A model generated the notes under the pieces. That model saw only the letters and a list, made by a program, of their open reading frames with translations, searched no databases and was not told the DNA's origin. Position numbers and translations under genes: made by a program. Of a DNA stretch of 64,000 nucleotides, positions 1 to 13,900 are shown piece by piece; position 1 is the first letter of the stretch, and every line of letters starts with the position of its first letter. Source of the DNA: Hormiphora californensis. Its lineage: Eukaryota; Animalia; Ctenophora. The DNA is taken from contig CM035352.1 in the NCBI GenBank assembly GCA_020137815.1, positions 2,108,001-2,172,000 of the forward strand. Reading direction: 5' to 3'.

Positions 1-1
1 T

Positions 2-100
2 TACTTCAGTAGTGTCCTCTCCCTCAGTCTTCCTCTGAACCCTCGAAGTGAAAGAGTGACACTCCTCGCCATGGAAAAAGATAATCTCAAGCGAATTTAA
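2..100 (+). CDS. Possible 3' end of an upstream gene (..YFSSVLSLSLPLNPRSERVTLLAMEKDNLKRI*)
   Basis: Open frame from the window edge to TAA at 98-100, followed by AT-rich 3'UTR-like sequence. No recognisable motif. Confidence 0.25.
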   Translation, partial: YFSSVLSLSLPLNPRSERVTLLAMEKDNLKRI

Positions 101-1121
101 CTCACAATCTTTGTATCTTTGTTCCGCAAGAAGCGGGAGAATTCTCTCTTGTATATAAATGTGATGATGTTTTAAATTGTTTATGTTTTTAATATATTTG
201 CAGTGTTTACCATTTTATTATCCATATCAGTTTAAGTTACTGGTAAACAAATACAATGAATAGTGTCGTTGAATAATTAAAACATGTGTGTAGATAATTA
301 TCTGTCTTTCTCTCTGTCTCTCCCTACCCCTCTCTACCTCTCTCTCACCCTCTTACTCGATTTCTATCTCCATTCAAACATGTTTTAAACTGTGAGTTTG
401 ATATCGGATTACTGAAACCTTGGAAATGGTCATGAAATGAGGAAGAAATTATCAAACATGATTTAGACTATAATTGCCAGTGCTCTGTCTGGATGAAATC
501 TGTCCAAAATAAGGTCTACTTTCCTTGCGCGCGATAGTCATAGGTCTTGCGCGCGATGAAAGTAAGCATTGTTATCGTTCTAAAAAGACGCGCACCCATG
601 CAAGGCGCCCTAGGCTCAAAAGCCTAATTTGAAACCTATTTTGATCAAATTTTAAACTGTATCTTGTGAACACATAAATTTAAAACACTAAGGTTTTTAC
701 TAGACTCAAATCCGATCTATCAATCAGAAATAAGAGGCATTTGTCCGTTTAACTGGCAAACAGGGGTTTAATTGGCTTCAATTAGTCATTTGACCCGGGT
801 ACAAACACTTTTTGAAAAATTTTTTTCCACAGATCTGTTCATAAACTACCCTTCTTCACTCCTGAATAGGTCACAAAAACGTGCCTTTTTGGGGGGGTAT
901 TTTCCCCACTAGTTGTACTGGATAGGATTGCGACGCGCATGCGACGCGCATTTTTCTAATGCAGCGCAAAAAGTTTTTAATTTTTGCCGTTCGCGTTGTC
1001 GAAAAAAAATTTAAGTCTTTCAAAATCATTTTGGTTTTTCATTCTTGAACTAGTGACCTAAGGATTGAAGACTCAGGCCTCAGAAGAGGACTCGATATGT
1101 TCCTCGTCTGGCAGCTCTCAC

Positions 1122-1285
1122 ACCTTATTTCAAACGTGCATATCTCCGGTTCCTGATGAGATAAAGACCCGAAATTTGGAGGTTATGCTGTTATGAAGAA
1201 CTTGGTATGATCTTCCTAGCCTAACCTCCTAGTTTCAAGTCTCTATCTCATCAGGAACCGGAAATATGCGCGTTTGAAATAAGGT
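1122..1285. repeat. Inverted repeat, ~47-bp arms (fold-back/MITE-like)
   Basis: accttatttcaaacgtgcatatctccggttcctgatgagata ... tatctcatcaggaaccggaaatatgcgcgtttgaaataaggt. Confidence 0.75.
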
Positions 1286-1987
1286 CAAAAAGACCCCCCT
1301 CTCCCTTGAATAAAAAATCCGACTTTAAACAGTTATCAGGAAGTTTGGACTTGAGCCCCTTCAATTTTAGTCTGTACGGCGGCGCCATACCCCATTTGAT
1401 TCTCAAATTGGGAATCTGCGACAGTGCGCTCAGATGGGTCGCGGCGCCAGACAGATTTTAGTCATGTCAAGCCAATCAGAGGCCTTTTTTCGAAATCTAG
1501 GCCTCTGATTGGCTCGCAAACCGAAAAATGACCACAAATGAAGGGGCTCAAGCCTAAACTTCCCGATAAGAAAGCTTATTCCGGTTGCGTTGGATTCGTC
1601 TCGAAAAGGATATTCAGAAAAGCTCATCTCCGTGCTCCTAGGGGTTTCAGACCACAGTCACAGTGCTGCTTGTAGTCGTATTACCGTAATAGAAATACAG
1701 TAAGGAGACACGCACGTTGCATAACCCACAGCAAAAAGTGCATGTGTTCAGCACGTACTAGCGCCCTGATTGGCCACGGTTGCGTGTCGTCTTACTGTAT
1801 CTCAGTTTTCCATTACCATTTTCCCACTACAAGCGATCGTGATAGACCCTAGCCGACGTCCAAACAATAAGTGGCACGTCCCAGGGTTGGTTGACAGGTT
1901 ACAAAACTCGATTTATTAATTACAATTTACCTGGTAAGAGTTTGCTTTATATAACATCTCATTTTTGGTAGTGTTGGAGACGATAAA

Positions 1988-4900
1988 ATGATTAGGAGAC
2001 TTGTGGTTTTCCTCTACTGTTTGTTGGGTACCTCAGGTAAATTATTTTTTTGTTATAGTTCTTTCAAATGCGATTCATACTAACAGTCTGGAACTGCTAG
2101 CCGGGTCTGGGACATTTGTCTAGAACTGTTAGCCGGGTCTGGGACACTTGTCTGGAACTGTTAGCCGGGTCTGGGACACTTGCCTGGAACTGTTAGCTGG
2201 GTCTGGGACACTTGTCTGGAACTGTTAGCCGGGTCTGGGACACTTGCCTGAGTCTGGGACACTTGTCTGGAACTGTTAACCGGGTCTGGGACACTAGTCT
2301 GGAACTGTTAGCCGGGTCTGGGACACTTGTCTGGAACTGTTAGCCGGGTCTGGGACACTTGCCTGAGTCTGGGACACTTGTCTGGAACTGTTAACCGGGT
2401 CTGGGACACTAGTCTGGAACTGTTAGCCGGGTCTGGGACACTTGTCTGGAACTGTTAGCCGGGTCTGGGACACTTGCCTGGAACTGTTAGCTGGGTCTGG
2501 GACACTTGTCTGGAACTGTTAGCCGGGTCTGGGACACTTGCCTGGAACTGTTAGCTGGGTCTGGGACACTTGCCTGGAACTGTTAGCCGGGTCTGGGACA
2601 CTTGCCTGGAACTGTTAGCTGGGTCTGGGACACTTGTCTGGAACTGTTAGCCGGGTCTGGGACACTTGCCTGAGTCTGGGACACTTGTCTGGAACTGTTA
2701 ACCGGGTCTGGGACACTAGTCTGGAACTGTTAGCCGGGTCTGGGACACTTGTCTGGAACTGTTAGCCGGGTCTGGGACACTTGCCTGAGTCTGGGACACT
2801 TGTCTGGAACTGTTAACCGGGTCTGGGACACTAGTCTGGAACTGTTAGCCGGGTCTGGGACACTTGTCTGGAACTGTTAGCCGGGTCTGGGACACTTGCC
2901 TGGAACTGTTAGCTGGGTCTGGGACACTTGTCTGGAACTGTTAGCCGGGTCTGGGACACTTGCCTGGAACTGTTAGCTGGGTCTGGGACACTTGCCTGGA
3001 ACTGTTAGCTGGGTCTGGGACACTTGTCTGGAACTGCTAGCTGGGTCTGGGACACTTGTCTGGAACTGTTAGCCGGGTCTGGGACACTTGTCTGGAACTG
3101 TTAGCTGGGTCTGGGACACTTGTCTGGAACTGTTAGCTGGGTCTGGGACACTTGTCTGGAACTGCTAGCTGGGTCTGGGACACTTGTCTGGAACTGTTAG
3201 CCGGGTCTGGGACACTTGTCTGGAACTGTTAGCTGGGTCTGGGACACTTGTCTGGAACTGTTAGCTGGGTCTGGGACACTTGTCTGGAACTGCTAGCTGG
3301 GTCTGGGACACTAGTCTGGAACTGTTAGCCGGGTCTGGGACACTTGTCTGGAACTGTTAGCTGGGTCTGGGACTCTAGTCTGAAACTGTAATTAATAATT
3401 ACTTACATGATTACTAATTATAGAACACAGTAACACACATTTTTTAAATTCTACAGCCACGTTAGTGTTTTCCGATGGATCTCAGGACATCACAAATCAA
3501 TTCCTATTTACAAGTGGAGTAACCGATATCACCTTTGGTTGTTCTTATAGTTATACTGTGGATGATCCCAATGTTTTAACTTTAACATGGACGGATAACA
3601 ATGGTAAGTGTCATCCAGATTTATCTGTTATAGAGAACATATAAATTCTCGTTCCGAAAAAGTTGGTACCTCATAACGTGTGAACTGTGAGGGCTCGCCA
3701 AGTGTAACTAATCTTCTCTGGTCGTGTGTTGGACCCTGTTTGTAGTACCTACTACCCAATAGATCCTGCGCCGTGTACGTTGTTCTGAAAACTAACTAGT
3801 ATGTAGTTTCTTTACCTTCCTGCAGGTGATCCTGTGACTGCCAGTATAGACAGTTCAGAAGCAGGCATAATCAAACTCCCACTTGAAGTTAACAAGGCTT
3901 CAATGAAAGCACCTTACACATGTAAAATGATTAATACAGCCACATCGGAAGGGGAAGTAGCTACTCTGAATATTTATCAAGTCACAGGTTAGCCAAAACT
4001 GTTGTTACTTGCTCTGCAACTGTGCAGTATGTAGTGATTTTAATTATTATAGTAGTCCCTATTAATTAGAGTTTAGCCTAATTGATCCCATCTTTCTGAT
4101 GATTTATTTCATTACTCATTAGAATCGACATGTGTTATCTAAATTGGCTTATTGCGTGGCTAGATCGATTTGAAGATAAAGATTTTCCAGTTTTTCACCT
4201 GTCTTGCTCAACCCTGTCTCACTGCGTTGAAAAATGAAATAAGGGCTTGAACAAAACAATTTATCACACGATTTAAACAAATAATTGCTAACATATTATA
4301 ATTTATGTAATAGCTAGGCATAGCAGGGCATAGCTAATACTTATTATACCTTTCAGAATCTACTAATGATAAACACACGGTAGCAGAATTTAGTGCCGAG
4401 TCCGCGACACCACTGGTCCTTTCTGTTACCACAGATAAACCTGCTTTAGCTGATGATGATGTCACGGTGTCATGTACATCTTCAAAAACAGAAGTAAGTA
4501 AACCAGTTTATAACAAACACATTATACAAATTCACCAAAGCTTAACCTCACTTGTATTACAGGTTTCTGTATCAGAAGGGAGTGCAACTGTAACATATGA
4601 TAACGCGGGTGCAGAAGTCGGTAGTCACACTTCTGCAACATGTACATTTACCTTCTTCAGTCACTACACTGTTGACGTAGAATCTGCTGTCACCATCATC
4701 GGCGAAGGCGGTGAGTAATATGCAGGAACTGACCGAATCAGGAAATACTGGTCCCTCATTGGCTGACAACCAGTCACGTGACCTAAATAACGAGTTCTTA
4801 TTGGTTGTTTACTTGTGTCGGTCGGTTCCTGATCAATATGATTACTCAGAAACGTCGTTGGTCCAAGTTATGATCGATGGAAATGAGATGGATGGGAATT

Positions 4901-7900
4901 CAGCAGAGTTTATGTTTACTACGAGTGATATGGATGCAGTGGAGCTGGAATGTGGTTATTATTCCTTGGCCGCGATAACAGATGAACAAAAGGCTCAGTG
5001 GAGAGATAGTGAAGGTAAGACAAAGAAATAATCAAAGTTGTAGATTACATGTATTCAATTTGGCAATAAATATAAATAGATTGTTTATACTATAATTATT
5101 ATACAGGAAAAGAAAGTTGTTCATTAATCAACCAATATTATTATTTAACTGTAATAACGTATTAATTTCCCTATTAGAAACCATAGTGGCAGGTGTCGAA
5201 AAAGACTCTGAGTTCGTGTCAGTTAATACGATAACGATTGATCCTGCAAATGTAAAATCTCCATACACCTGCAAAGCTAAAACTGTTTCCGTCTACAAAG
5301 TGACGAGTAAGTAAGAATACAACTAAAGGGAACTGTAACACTTTTACTACAGCTCCCGAGATACTGAATGAGCTGTTAGCCAAAACTGTTGTTACTTGCT
5401 CTGCAACTGTGTAGTAGTGATTTTAGCTATATGTAGTAGCCCCTATTAATTAGAGTTTGGCCTAATTGATCCCATCTTTCTGATGATTTATTTCATTACT
5501 CATTAGAAACTACAAGTGTTATCTAAATTGGCTTATTGCGTGGCTAGATCGATTTGAAGATAAAGATTTTCCAGTTAATCAACTGTCTTGCTCAACCCTG
5601 TCTCACTGCGTTGAAAAATGAAAAGGGCTTGAACAAAACAATTTATGACATGGTGTAAACTGTAAACAAACAATTGCTAATATATTATAATTTATGTAAT
5701 AGCTAGGCATAGCTGGGCATAGCTAATACTTATTATACCTTTCAGAATCTACTTATGGTAAACATACGGTAGCAGAATTTAGTGCCGAGTCCGCGACACC
5801 ACTGGTCCTTTCTGTTACCACAGATAAATCTGATTTAGTTGAAGCTGATGTTACGGTGTCATGTGCAACTTCAAAAACGGTAGGAAGTAAACCAGTTTAT
5901 AACAAACACATTATACAAATTAAAAACAACAGAAGTTTTTAAGGTCTTTACAATTGTTTCATGATGCCCCACGAGGAGGCACCAATCATCAGTATAACAA
6001 ACACATTATAAATTCACTAAAGCTTAACCTCACTTGTATTACAGGTTTCTGTATCAGAAGGGAGTGCAACTGTAACATATGATAACGCGGGTGCGGAAGT
6101 CGGTAGTCACACTTCTGCAACATGTACATTTACCTTCTTCAGTCACTACACTGTTGACGTAGAATCTGCTGTCACCATCATCGGCGAAGGCGGTGAGTAA
6201 TATGCAGGAACTGACCGAATCAGGAAATACTGGTCCCTCATTGGCTGACAACCAGTCACGTGATCTAAATAACGAGTTCTGATTGGTTGTTTACTTGTGT
6301 CGGTCGATTTCTAATCAATATGATAACTCAGATACGTCGTTGGTCCAAGTTATGATCGATGGAAATGAGATGGATGGGAATTCAGCAAGGTTTATGTTTA
6401 CTACGAGTGATATGAATGCAGTGGACCTGGAATGTGGTTATTATTCCTTGGCCGCGATAACAGATGAACAAAAGGCTCAGTGGAGAGATAGTGACGGTAA
6501 ATTAACTAAGAAATAACCAAAGTTGTAGATTACATGTATTCAATTTGGCAATAAATATGAATTGATTGTTTATACTATTATTATACAGTAAAATAATATT
6601 GTTCATTAATCAACCAACATTATTATTTAACTGTAATACCGTATTAATTTCCCTATTAGAAGCCATAGTGGCAGGTGACCCCAATGACTCTGAGTTCGTG
6701 TCAGTTAATACGATAACGATTGATCCTACAAATGATGTAATAAAATCTCCATACACCTGCAAAGCTAAAACTGTTTCCGTCTACAAAGTGACGAGTAAGT
6801 AAGAATACATGCAACTATAGGGAACTGTAAGACTTTTACTACAGCTCCCGAGATACCGAATGAGCTGTCTAACCTTTCACCAGATTCATTTTAACAGAAC
6901 AGAATTAAGTTGATTATGCTACCAATTATCATTGATATATCATTGATACGTCCCATGACAGGTGCCGAAGAAGGTGAAACACAGGTTATTGTGCTAGGTC
7001 AGCAACCCGCCAAAGCTACACACACTGTCATCACCACCGACACAGATATGATCGATGGTGATGTGACCGTTTCTTGTACAGATGATACCGGCAATTCGGT
7101 ATGATACAAATTTCAATAATAACATATATATAATTATATAGAATATTAGGTTTATGTTCCAAGTTATAATCATAATATTAGAGTAGGACGTGTGATTGTT
7201 TGTGTGTTTTAAAATTGTGTAGTAGTTACTAGTTAGCTATATTGACTATCTTGAGTTGCCTTTCTCGTCACTCTGTCACTCCAGACAAAAGGGTCAGAAC
7301 ACCCCCTTCCCTATATATAATACCGGCTGTGGGCCTCAATTCATATCTACAACGTCCTTCATTCTTACAGGCGACTATAACTGAGGTAACTGTAGCTTCT
7401 GGTGAGGTATCAGTAACAGTTGCTCCTCCCCAAACAACCGGAGATACGCATTTCGAATGTGTCTTCACCTTTTTTGGAGAATACACACAGTCAGTGACTA
7501 CAACATTGACCATGATTGAATGTAAGTGGGTCATTAAATAACAATAAATATAATATACATATATAACTATGTATAAATATAACTATGTATAGTCTAGTTT
7601 TGAGAAATCAGTAGGAGATTCAGCGTGTCCCTGTAAATTATAATCCTCAACACACTTAACTGCAGAGTGCAGTCCGCAATGTTTTCTGCGTATCAGTGTA
7701 ACAACACCAGTACCTGCACTGATCACGTTCTATTTCCAGATAAGATATCCCATTCACCGGACATTCTCATGACTGGGCTGCCTATTACATTTACCTGTAC
7801 GTGTAAGGGCACGGAGGTTGGTTGTGGAACACTAGAACTAACTGACAATGTGGAAACTGACTCAGAGTGGACTTCTGATGCATGGGATGAGGACACAGAC

Positions 7901-10900
7901 AGCATTACAGGAACGGGCACAATTACTTTTGGTGAAAAAGGGCTAAAGAAGGAGTTTGCTTGTGGATCTGATACCCAGACAGAAAGTTCTTACGCTTCGT
8001 TGGAGCTTGATGTTGTGGGTAAGTTATTGATTCTTACCGCGGCTCCAAACTCATTTCAGTTCCCTTATTCCTTTGGATAAAGTGTTTTATTAACTGTTAC
8101 CCTCCTCCAAGATGTTACACTCGGTGTAGTTGGGTCTCAGTCTGCCACCAAGTACATAGCAAAAGGCCAAGATGTCTCAGTATCATGGACGATTGGACCA
8201 TTTTCTACGACTCAAACTGACGGTCCGGCGGAAGGTGATGTTACCATGGGATCAACCACTGGAGGAGTTGTAAGATCATTCACAACTAACGACATCGTGT
8301 ACACTGCAAAAATTAATAGTAGTGAGGCCAAGGAGAATCTACCTCTCACTTTTAAATTCAATGAAGGAACGGTATATGCGGGGAGGACTGTTGACGCAAA
8401 GGAAGTGGATGTTATTGGTAAGTTGTGGGATAAATGTAGAGAGGGTCCACCCCACTGCCAATGTTTTGGTATCGATAATCAGTGAAATGGACTTTGGCAA
8501 ACCTGCATAGTGCATTATAATGATGCTGTTTCAACCAACTTCAGCAATGATAATTGTGTATCATATACTAACATGTTAGTATGATACACAATTATTATTT
8601 CTACGAACGGCTAATGAAGCAAAGCTAACCGGAATACTCCTTCATCAAAACTAGGTTTAACGACGTCTCTGGCTGCAGCATATATTCTTGACGAATCATT
8701 AGGATGTAAAATTGGAAATGTGACCATTACAGCTCTCACTGCTCAAAGCCCACCAAAAATTACTTGGGATGATAAGGTGAGTACGTATGAGATAGATATG
8801 TCTGCATACTGTTAAGTGCTTATTCTAACTAATATAAGTGTGATGCCTTTGTTTATCTGGTGAATATGCTGAACAAATGATGATGATGATATGGAGCTTA
8901 TAACAAAGTAAAACAAGTTGTTTTAGTTTGTATCTAACCTGTGATTTTGAACTTTGTTCCAGGGTGTGTCAAGAACAAGAGCTATGGATAAGGATGGAGA
9001 CATTTATAGAAGCAATGAAATAGACTTCACATGCGCTGTCGATCTTTCTGGAATAGTGAAGTATAATGGTGATAAAGTTGCGAGTGGCTTTGAGCTAGCA
9101 ATATCAACTTCTGTCCAAAGTATGTGAAAATCCTCATTTAAGTTGTCTGAGAAACATGCTAGATAGATTCTTAGATATTTTTATATAGTGTTTCTTATTT
9201 GTAGTGTTATTGTAATCCTTAGTGCAAAAGAGGTGATACTTGATCCAGATTACTGCAGATTATTACTCCACGTAATTAAATGATATCACTATATAACATA
9301 CACATTGTATATTACATGTTAATAATACAATGCTCTTATAGGAACGAACGTGTTTGGAACTGCAACCCGATTCATCGAGAACAGTAATGTCAACGAAAAA
9401 CATTACGGTTTTACTCTTACCACAGCGACCACTTTAACCATTGCGAATAGCTGTAACGGAGGCACAGTCAGCTCCGATAACCAAAGTGTTGCAATTGCGT
9501 CAACTGATGACTTTACTAATAACAGGACCTGTAAGATAGAACTGTACGATGACAGTACCCTTGAGGCTGACGATCATTATACATACACATTTGCACGTGA
9601 TGGTAGGTACTTAGTTAATAGCATAGACTAAAATAACTATATAGCATAGGCTATTTTCGATTTCGGTTTCAACTTTTTTCCCTCTGTTTTTTAATCTGTT
9701 TAATGTTTTAGTGCTTGAGCTGGAATCTACTAAGGACACTATTTTTGTGGGCGAAGAGGCGATATCACAGGATTTGAAGTGTAAACTGACAGGACCTAAA
9801 TCTGTGGCTGAGTTGAATGCCGCTTACGAACCAAATCCCTGGACTTTCGCATTGGGTGAGTTAGTTTGAGCTGTTTTACTTGTTTATAAACTTCGTAGTC
9901 AATTAATCAGTAATCTACATTGTCGGGCGTAGGTGTTGTGGGCCTTGTAACCGGTAAAATACATTGTACATAACATGATGTTTGATTGCAGATGGAATTG
10001 CAGATCAAAGTACTGCTACAATTGGAGATGTTACTACATACACCGTCACCGCCACTGATCCTGGGACGTATACTTGTCTAGTGAAGTCTAAAGATGGAAC
10101 GGGAGAAGAGGCCTCCGTTTCAACTACTATATACCAAGTGACATCAGGTAACATATCAATTAAACATGTGGAAACTTTTAGCGCTTGGGGGCTTTTACGA
10201 TTCCCTGTTGTCTCTACCTCGCCGCTGCTACCTTTTTACCTAGCAACAGAAACTGTTGCCTAGCAACGTATGTTCGATATTAATAACATTATTGTTTAGT
10301 AGCAGTAACAGATACATCGTACATTGGAATATTTGCCACTGTATTCCACACTCCACAAACACGAATTCATTCCTTATAGTTGCTAATGAGACGGTGTATC
10401 TAGACGATACTATCACACAGAAAAGCCTGGACTGTTCTAAATCTTATACTGTTAATCCTGATAAATCTGATTTGGTTCCCACTTCTTATTCGTGGACTAA
10501 GAATGACAAAGCCGAAGTTTTTGATACGACGGTAAACAAGCAAGCTGCAAGTTGTTGAGTTAATCTCAGTGAAAATTAGTTTGTTAGAACTACGTAATTT
10601 ATATATTTGCTCCGATCCCAACACTCTCTTCCCAGGAATCGATAACAATAGCACCTGCGAATGACGACAAATATGTCTGCACAATGAAATTCGATGATAA
10701 TGTTTCAGTATCCCATAAATTTACAATCCTTGTCACTATTCCTAGTAAGTTATTTTTGGGTTAGTTAGCCAAACGCTGATCAAACTACCTACCGCGTGGG
10801 TATCATTAGGGACACTTATACAAAGTACAAGAAATCCAACGTGTACACACCATCCGATAAATATATCTACTAACTCCAGTTTTTATGTTTTTATTTTCGG

Positions 10901-13900
10901 TTTCCCATCAAATAGTAGATACCTATGGTGCGTTGGATTTCTTGTAGTGTTCCTAAACACACAAGTAAAATTTAGAATTCTAAACCCAACCTCCCACTAT
11001 AATAATATACCCTACAAGAGATGGAGAGCATCACATTTTATTATTTATCATTATTTATTTATTTTAGTAGTTCTGGACTACAAAATAACTATTAACTATT
11101 GCAGAAATTGAGGTCACGCCAGCTGAAGCTAAATGTTATCAAGGAACAGATACAAAAATGACAATTAAAGTAACAGGAAAAGATCCAACATCATCAGTAG
11201 TTGTGTCAATTACTTCTGACAAACAAGGTAAAATTGTACTTTTTTACGTAGGTCTACTTGAGTGAGAACGTATATGTGTTATGTTGACTATTGATTATTG
11301 CTTTAGATTCAGACTTTCCGTTTGACGACGTCGATTTGACATACGACACGAAAGAAGCGGCGTTTATCGGAACAACAGATATTGTCCTGGTCCCTAATGA
11401 TGATACTTATGATGATTATAATTTAAAGTTTTTCATTAAGGGCCAAGAAGATAAAGTATCCAAAACCGTTCCGTTTGATGTAGCTGAATGTAAGTACTAA
11501 TTGGGTTAGGGAACGTGATCTTGGGTGAGAGAGTCAAGGAGTACTTTATATACTATGTATACATATTTTATATATTGTATTACTTCAACAGTCTTTCCAG
11601 TAATTTAACTTTTACCACAAAGCTATTTTCAGGGGTAACACGTCCCGATAACGCGGTATATAACTACAAAGACGCAACGATGGACTTGGTTTACACTATT
11701 CAGCAAATAGATAATATAGAGCCTAGCATTATAATTTCAGATTCACCATCTACTACCAATAAAATGACATGTTCTGTTGATAAAAACTGTACATATACTC
11801 ATAAAATTACGAAGTTCAAAGACGATACTATATCTGTTAACATTACTTCAACTGAAGGGGATGTTAAATACTTGGTCAGCAGATCCACAAAAACTATTAC
11901 TCGGGGTAAGTATAGCTGGTAAAAACATAATACTATTTAATTGTCATTCGCGTTATTATAATGTAGAAATTAGTGTTGTAAGATTAAGGGGAAGTTTGTC
12001 GAGGCTTCCTAATCACTAATCACTATTCCAGCGTTGGTCGTGGAAAATCCATTCTTCCTTGCGGAGGGAGCTGTAGCACAATTATCTTGTAAAATGACCG
12101 CAGAATACGTATGTATTAATAATGTATTAATTAATATCAAAATTGAAAACACTAATATGTATGTAGTACATATCTTTTCTTGAGAGAGCGGGGGGGCACT
12201 CCCGTAATAGCTAATCTTTGACACTGAGAACGCTCAGCTGGTGTACTTGAATTTTAATGCGCTCTTGCGCTAACATGTCAAATGAAATAAAGTAAATAAC
12301 GGGTGACAACTAAAAATCTGGACAATTTTCTGTGAGCTCTAGCGCCGTCCCCGTTTGAGATACAGCTTCAGGACAATGATAGAACGATTTTTCAGACAAT
12401 TTTGAATCAGAATAACATAACGGGAAAGACTAAAAATTTCATTTTCATTGCCATATCGCATCATTTCCTCTTGGCCCACCAAAGCATGTAGTACGGAGAT
12501 TTGAGATTTCTATGTGATCAGAAACAAACTTCCCGATGAAATAGAATTCTCAAAATTGGAAGTCTGGTAGTTCATGCCATAACCAACATAACTGCCAAGT
12601 TTCAACATTCTAGCTCATCAGGAAGTTGGTTTTCCACGTCATAAATGTTTCGAGAGATCGTCAAAATGGCGATTTCTCAAATTACCTGTAAACTACGATT
12701 TGAAAGGTTTGTTACAGATGATTCTGTGATCAGAATTGAGATTAACGGAGTGTGAAACAAAGTTAATTTCGTTCAAAATTGTCTGAAAAATCATTCTATC
12801 GCTGCCCCGAAGCTGTATCTCAAAAAGAACAGGCGCTAGAGGTGCTAGAAAAGTGTGTAAATTTCACGTAATACATGCTTTGGTGGGGCAAGAGGAAATG
12901 ATGCGATATTGCAATGAAAATGAACTTTTAAGTCTATCCCGTTGTGTTATTCTGATTCAAAATTGTCTGAAAAATCGTTCTATCACTGTCTTGAAGCTGT
13001 ATCTCAAACGGGGACGGCGCTAGAGCTCACAGAAAATTGTCCAGATTTTTATTTGTCACCCGTTAAAATATCCCAAAAAGGTTTCGGATCCAGATCTAAA
13101 CATGCTAAAGTGGAACGTAACACCGGAGCTTGAGAATATGGTACAAAAGCTTGATCTGGTTTTCGATAGAGATGATAAGGTGTGGCTGGCTATTCTAAAT
13201 GGTAAGGTTTACTCATAAATGAGCCATTAAGTTTTATATAGCATTAAAAATTATTTCAGGTATTTGTTATAGGTATAGGTATATCAATACATGTATCACC
13301 TGCTGATTGAATTCCAACAATTATTACAGTGACTGTGACCTCTACGACTACGGCTGATAAGATCAACGAACTATCTTGCTCCAGTGTTACCTACAATGAT
13401 TTAGACGCTCAAAATCCTACTGTCGGTCAAATAATAAGTAAGTGCTAATGATAGTAACAACAAAAGTACAAAAGAAACAGAGAGATTGTTACCTTTACTA
13501 TTGAGAGAGTTGGGCCACCACATAACACTTCCTCAGCATTACCTACGATTAAACTCTCACTGAGTAACGTGGACGAGGATGGACAAGTGATCGTGAATTG
13601 TATATTCAACGAAGTAACAACACCCGGTGAATTCAGTGGAAAACTGGTACACCCAGGCACATCTCAATGGACGGAGAAGGAAGTAACTAATACAGATTTT
13701 GAAGAAATAAAGTACATCAACTCTGCCATTCACTACTCTGATGCGGGCTCCTACAGTTGTGAGGGTTCCTACAATCACACTGGCCATGACATTGTCATTA
13801 TCAAATCGGAGATGAAAACTCTCACTGTCAATGGTTTGTTATATTATTGTTACTTTCCAACATTGTTACTTATACATATAAGAACGAAGATCAGATATCG

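Noticed and set aside
2086-3389. CRISPR-like appearance of regular ~30-bp repeats (also 18977-19934)
   Set aside because: Units are head-to-tail with no unique spacers, there are no cas genes, and they lie in eukaryotic introns.
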